DNA from: a virus
Taxonomy: Duplodnaviria; Caudoviricetes
IMG/VR virus record: IMGVR_UViG_3300036987_000544
Span: 1-27,538 of that record
Length of the DNA: 27,538 nt
Reading direction: 5' to 3' (one strand)
The translations under genes were made by a program, and so were the position numbers. Below, piece by piece: positions 25,444-27,538 of this stretch; the first letter of the stretch is position 1; every line of letters begins with the position of its first letter. The notes under the pieces were generated by a model, which did not search any database, was not told the origin of the DNA, and was given only the letters and a program-made list of their open reading frames with translations.

Positions 25444-25943
25444 CAGGCCGCACCTCCGGCGACGGCGAAGAGCGGCAAGGGGGCCTCGTCCTGGCCCAGC
25501 GGGGCCGGGACACGCCCGGGTAGAGGACGAATCACGATCTCGACTCCGGCCTGCTCCCCGAACCGCTTCGCGAGGACCTCGTCCACGATGAGGGAGTCGT
25601 CGCGCCAGACGATCCCCGTGAGCGCGTCCTCCACGCCCCGCGCGAGCTTCAGCAGGTCGGGCTTCACCGCCGGAAACTCCGGGGCCGACGGGAGGAGGCC
25701 TCGCTTCCCGAAGTGCCCTTTGGGGCGCACGACGCGAAACGTGAACTCGACCGCGAGCGGCCCATCGAGGAGCTCTCCCCGGAACTGCTCGGCGGCCGTT
25801 TGCGAGACCGTCGTCTTCCAGTCGCGGCTCTTCGGGTTTGCGTCGACGATCGCCACGCCCATCACCCCGCCGGCGCGACGGATCGGAAAGCCCCGTTTCG
25901 AGCCGGCGGGCTGCGGGGTCCCGTGGACGGTGAACCGGATCAC
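25443..25943 (-). CDS. rusA: RusA family Holliday junction resolvase
   Basis: FTVHGTPQPAGSKR and KPDLLKLARGVEDALTGIVWRDDSLIV motifs. Confidence 0.92.
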   Translation of the reverse strand: MIRFTVHGTPQPAGSKRGFPIRRAGGVMGVAIVDANPKSRDWKTTVSQTAAEQFRGELLDGPLAVEFTFRVVRPKGHFGKRGLLPSAPEFPAVKPDLLKLARGVEDALTGIVWRDDSLIVDEVLAKRFGEQAGVEIVIRPLPGRVPAPLGQDEAPLPLFAVAGGAA

Positions 25944-27235
25944 GCCTCACCCCCGGCCTCGTCGGTCAGGTACTCGACCGGAACCGTCACGCCGCATGCG
26001 CGGCAAGCGGACTCGATCGCCCCGTCGTACTCGGCCGGGACGTACCGCCGGAAGAGCGGAGCCACGGCCACCCGGAGGACCCCGTTCAGCTCCCCTACCT
26101 GGCGCGTCGGCCGGAACCAGGTGTCGAAGTCGCGCTCATCGACCCTCGGCCGGAGCGCCTCGAGGACCCGTGGCCAGACCCCGCCCCCGGGTGGTGGGGG
26201 GTCGAGGACGACCTCCGGCGCCGCCGTTGTCCGCCGCGGCCGCGGCTCGGGGGGGTGGGCGCCGACGAGGGCGGCCGGCGGGGCTGAATCGCGGAACGGC
26301 CGGTCGTACCGGCCCTCCTCGACCTTCGTCAGCGAGTCCGGACGGACGAGGAAGTCGATCGTGACCCAGTCCTTGCCGGTGAGGTGCGGGAGCGAGGCGA
26401 GGTGCCGCACTGCATGCGCCCAGCGCTCGAGATCCGGGACCGCCCGGAGCCGGGCACGTGCCGCCTTCTCGCGTCCCGGTGGGAGGGCCTTCGCCTCTGG
26501 CAGGTGGCCGCGGTTCGCGTTCCAGGTCTCGAGGAGCTTCCGGGGAGAAGGGGCGCGCGCCGCCCCCGCGGCAGCGGGGGTTCCACTCCCCTCTTCTTCC
26601 TGCTCCTGCTCCTGCTCCTGCTCCTGATTCCTGGAACGTCTCCTGGAGCTGATCCCGGCTTCGATCCCGGAACCGTTCCACGAACCGTTCGTGGAATCGT
26701 TCCCGGATTTGTCTCCGGAACCGGACCCGGAATCCGTCTCGGAATCGCTCCCGGATGGGTTCCTCGGGGGCTTCGCGGAGCCGAACCGGAGGCGCCCTCG
26801 TTCGTCCTCCTCGATCCCGAGCTCGAACACCTCCGGGAACCCCGAGGCCGCCTTGAGCGCCACCTCGGCCTCGTCGCGGAGCGCGCACTCGGGAATCTCG
26901 GCGATCGCCTTCCGCCAGGCCTTGACCGTGTTCTGGTTCTCCGCGGGGTTGTAGAGGACGGCTTTCGGGATCCAGACGACGCGCGCGCGCCAGTCCGCCT
27001 TGGCCATCTCCCTCGCGGCGATCTCCTGGAAGCACTTCCGGAAGGCTGGAAGCGGCCAGTCGAGCGCTTCTGCCAGCGCGGCCTCGCCCGCGGAGAAGAG
27101 CCCGGGGGCTGCGGTCGTCTGCGGGCCCGTCAGCAGGAAGACCCAGAGCGTCTGAGCGTTCGGCTTCGGCCTCGAGAGGGCGACGAACCTCTCGTCCCCC
27201 CACATCTTGACGTCGATCTTTCGGTGCCGCGCCAC
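25940..27235 (-). CDS. Phage replication initiator protein with C-terminal DnaA-N-like domain
   Basis: N-terminal RKIDVKMWGDERF..LS...QTLWVFLLT; central Ser/Gly/Asn repeat linker ending QEQEQEQEQEEE; DWVTIDFLVRP...KVEEGRY; C-terminal WPRVLEALR.RV....FDTWF.P. Confidence 0.8.
   Translation of the reverse strand: MARHRKIDVKMWGDERFVALSRPKPNAQTLWVFLLTGPQTTAAPGLFSAGEAALAEALDWPLPAFRKCFQEIAAREMAKADWRARVVWIPKAVLYNPAENQNTVKAWRKAIAEIPECALRDEAEVALKAASGFPEVFELGIEEDERGRLRFGSAKPPRNPSGSDSETDSGSGSGDKSGNDSTNGSWNGSGIEAGISSRRRSRNQEQEQEQEQEEEGSGTPAAAGAARAPSPRKLLETWNANRGHLPEAKALPPGREKAARARLRAVPDLERWAHAVRHLASLPHLTGKDWVTIDFLVRPDSLTKVEEGRYDRPFRDSAPPAALVGAHPPEPRPRRTTAAPEVVLDPPPPGGGVWPRVLEALRPRVDERDFDTWFRPTRQVGELNGVLRVAVAPLFRRYVPAEYDGAIESACRACGVTVPVEYLTDEAGGEA
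26631..26762. repeat. About 11 degenerate 12-bp tandem repeats (consensus about CCGGAAYCGTTC), candidate replication-origin iterons
   Basis: ctggaacgtctc ctggagctgatc ccggcttcgatc ccggaaccgttc cacgaaccgttc gtggaatcgttc ccggatttgtct ccggaaccggac ccggaatccgtc tcggaatcgctc ccggatgggttc, inside the initiator gene. Confidence 0.7.
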
Positions 27236-27238
27236 GGG

Positions 27239-27538
27239 TCAGCCCTCCGCGGCCTTCCGGAGGGCCGCCTGGACGTTCAGGCGGGCGAGGCGAAGGAGGG
27301 TCCCGAGGGTCGGCGCTGGCTTCCACGGGTCGCCCCCGTTCGCCCGGATGCGGACGGCGAGCCGGAGCTCCTTGAGGAGCTTCCCGTTCGCTTCCGACGT
27401 CAGGATCTGCCTGGTCGCCCGGAGGACGTCGTCCCAGGTCGACATCGGCCTGTCGACGTCCGGGCCCCGAAGGGGCCTCTCGAGCTCGCCCAGTGCGAGC
27501 TGGAGGATGCGGGGCTCGGGGGGCCGGTGGCCGCTCAT
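27239..27538 (-). CDS. Hypothetical protein (start at window edge, may be incomplete)
   Basis: 99 aa ORF ending 4 nt before the initiator start; same orientation as the operon. Confidence 0.55.
   Translation of the reverse strand: MSGHRPPEPRILQLALGELERPLRGPDVDRPMSTWDDVLRATRQILTSEANGKLLKELRLAVRIRANGGDPWKPAPTLGTLLRLARLNVQAALRKAAEG

Larger units (their letters stand above)
1..27538 (-). mobile_element. Tailed phage/prophage segment (Mu-like head genes, non-contractile tail, initiator/RusA replication module); extends beyond both window edges
   Basis: Contiguous, translationally coupled minus-strand genes in canonical order: replication, terminase, portal, MuF, protease, capsid, neck, tail tube, chaperones, tape measure. 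No host genes or att site are visible, so integrated versus free state cannot be determined. Confidence 0.95.

Noticed and set aside
26598-26762. CTCCTG run and 12-bp repeats as a CRISPR array
   Set aside because: No unique spacers, units too short, in-frame within the initiator gene, and no cas genes.

Overview
GC-rich temperate-phage-like segment, with essentially all genes on the minus strand. Read right to left: a replication module (initiator with internal 12-bp iteron-like repeats and a DnaA-N-like C-terminus, RusA, Zn-ribbon protein), a packaging region (putative TerS, ParB-methyltransferase, TerL), and an inserted AT-richer three-gene cassette (DNA methyltransferase, DUF262, HEPN-motif protein). 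These are followed by a Mu-like head module (DUF935 portal, MuF, gpI-like protease/scaffold, decoration protein, major capsid), an envelope/lysis block (lipoprotein, holin-like protein, NlpC/P60), neck genes and a siphovirus-type tail (tube, G/GT chaperones with a GGGAAAC -1 slippery site, tape measure running off the left edge). The standout feature is a 350-aa intein in the MuF gene (14551-15600). Its interior has no recognisable nuclease in the sense frame, but the opposite strand encodes a coherent NUMOD3-like/HTH/DUF559(Vsr)-like endonuclease, suggesting an antisense-encoded homing endonuclease nested in an intein. No integrase, att site, transposase, tRNA, rRNA or CRISPR array was seen. 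All family assignments are from motif recognition by eye, not database searches.
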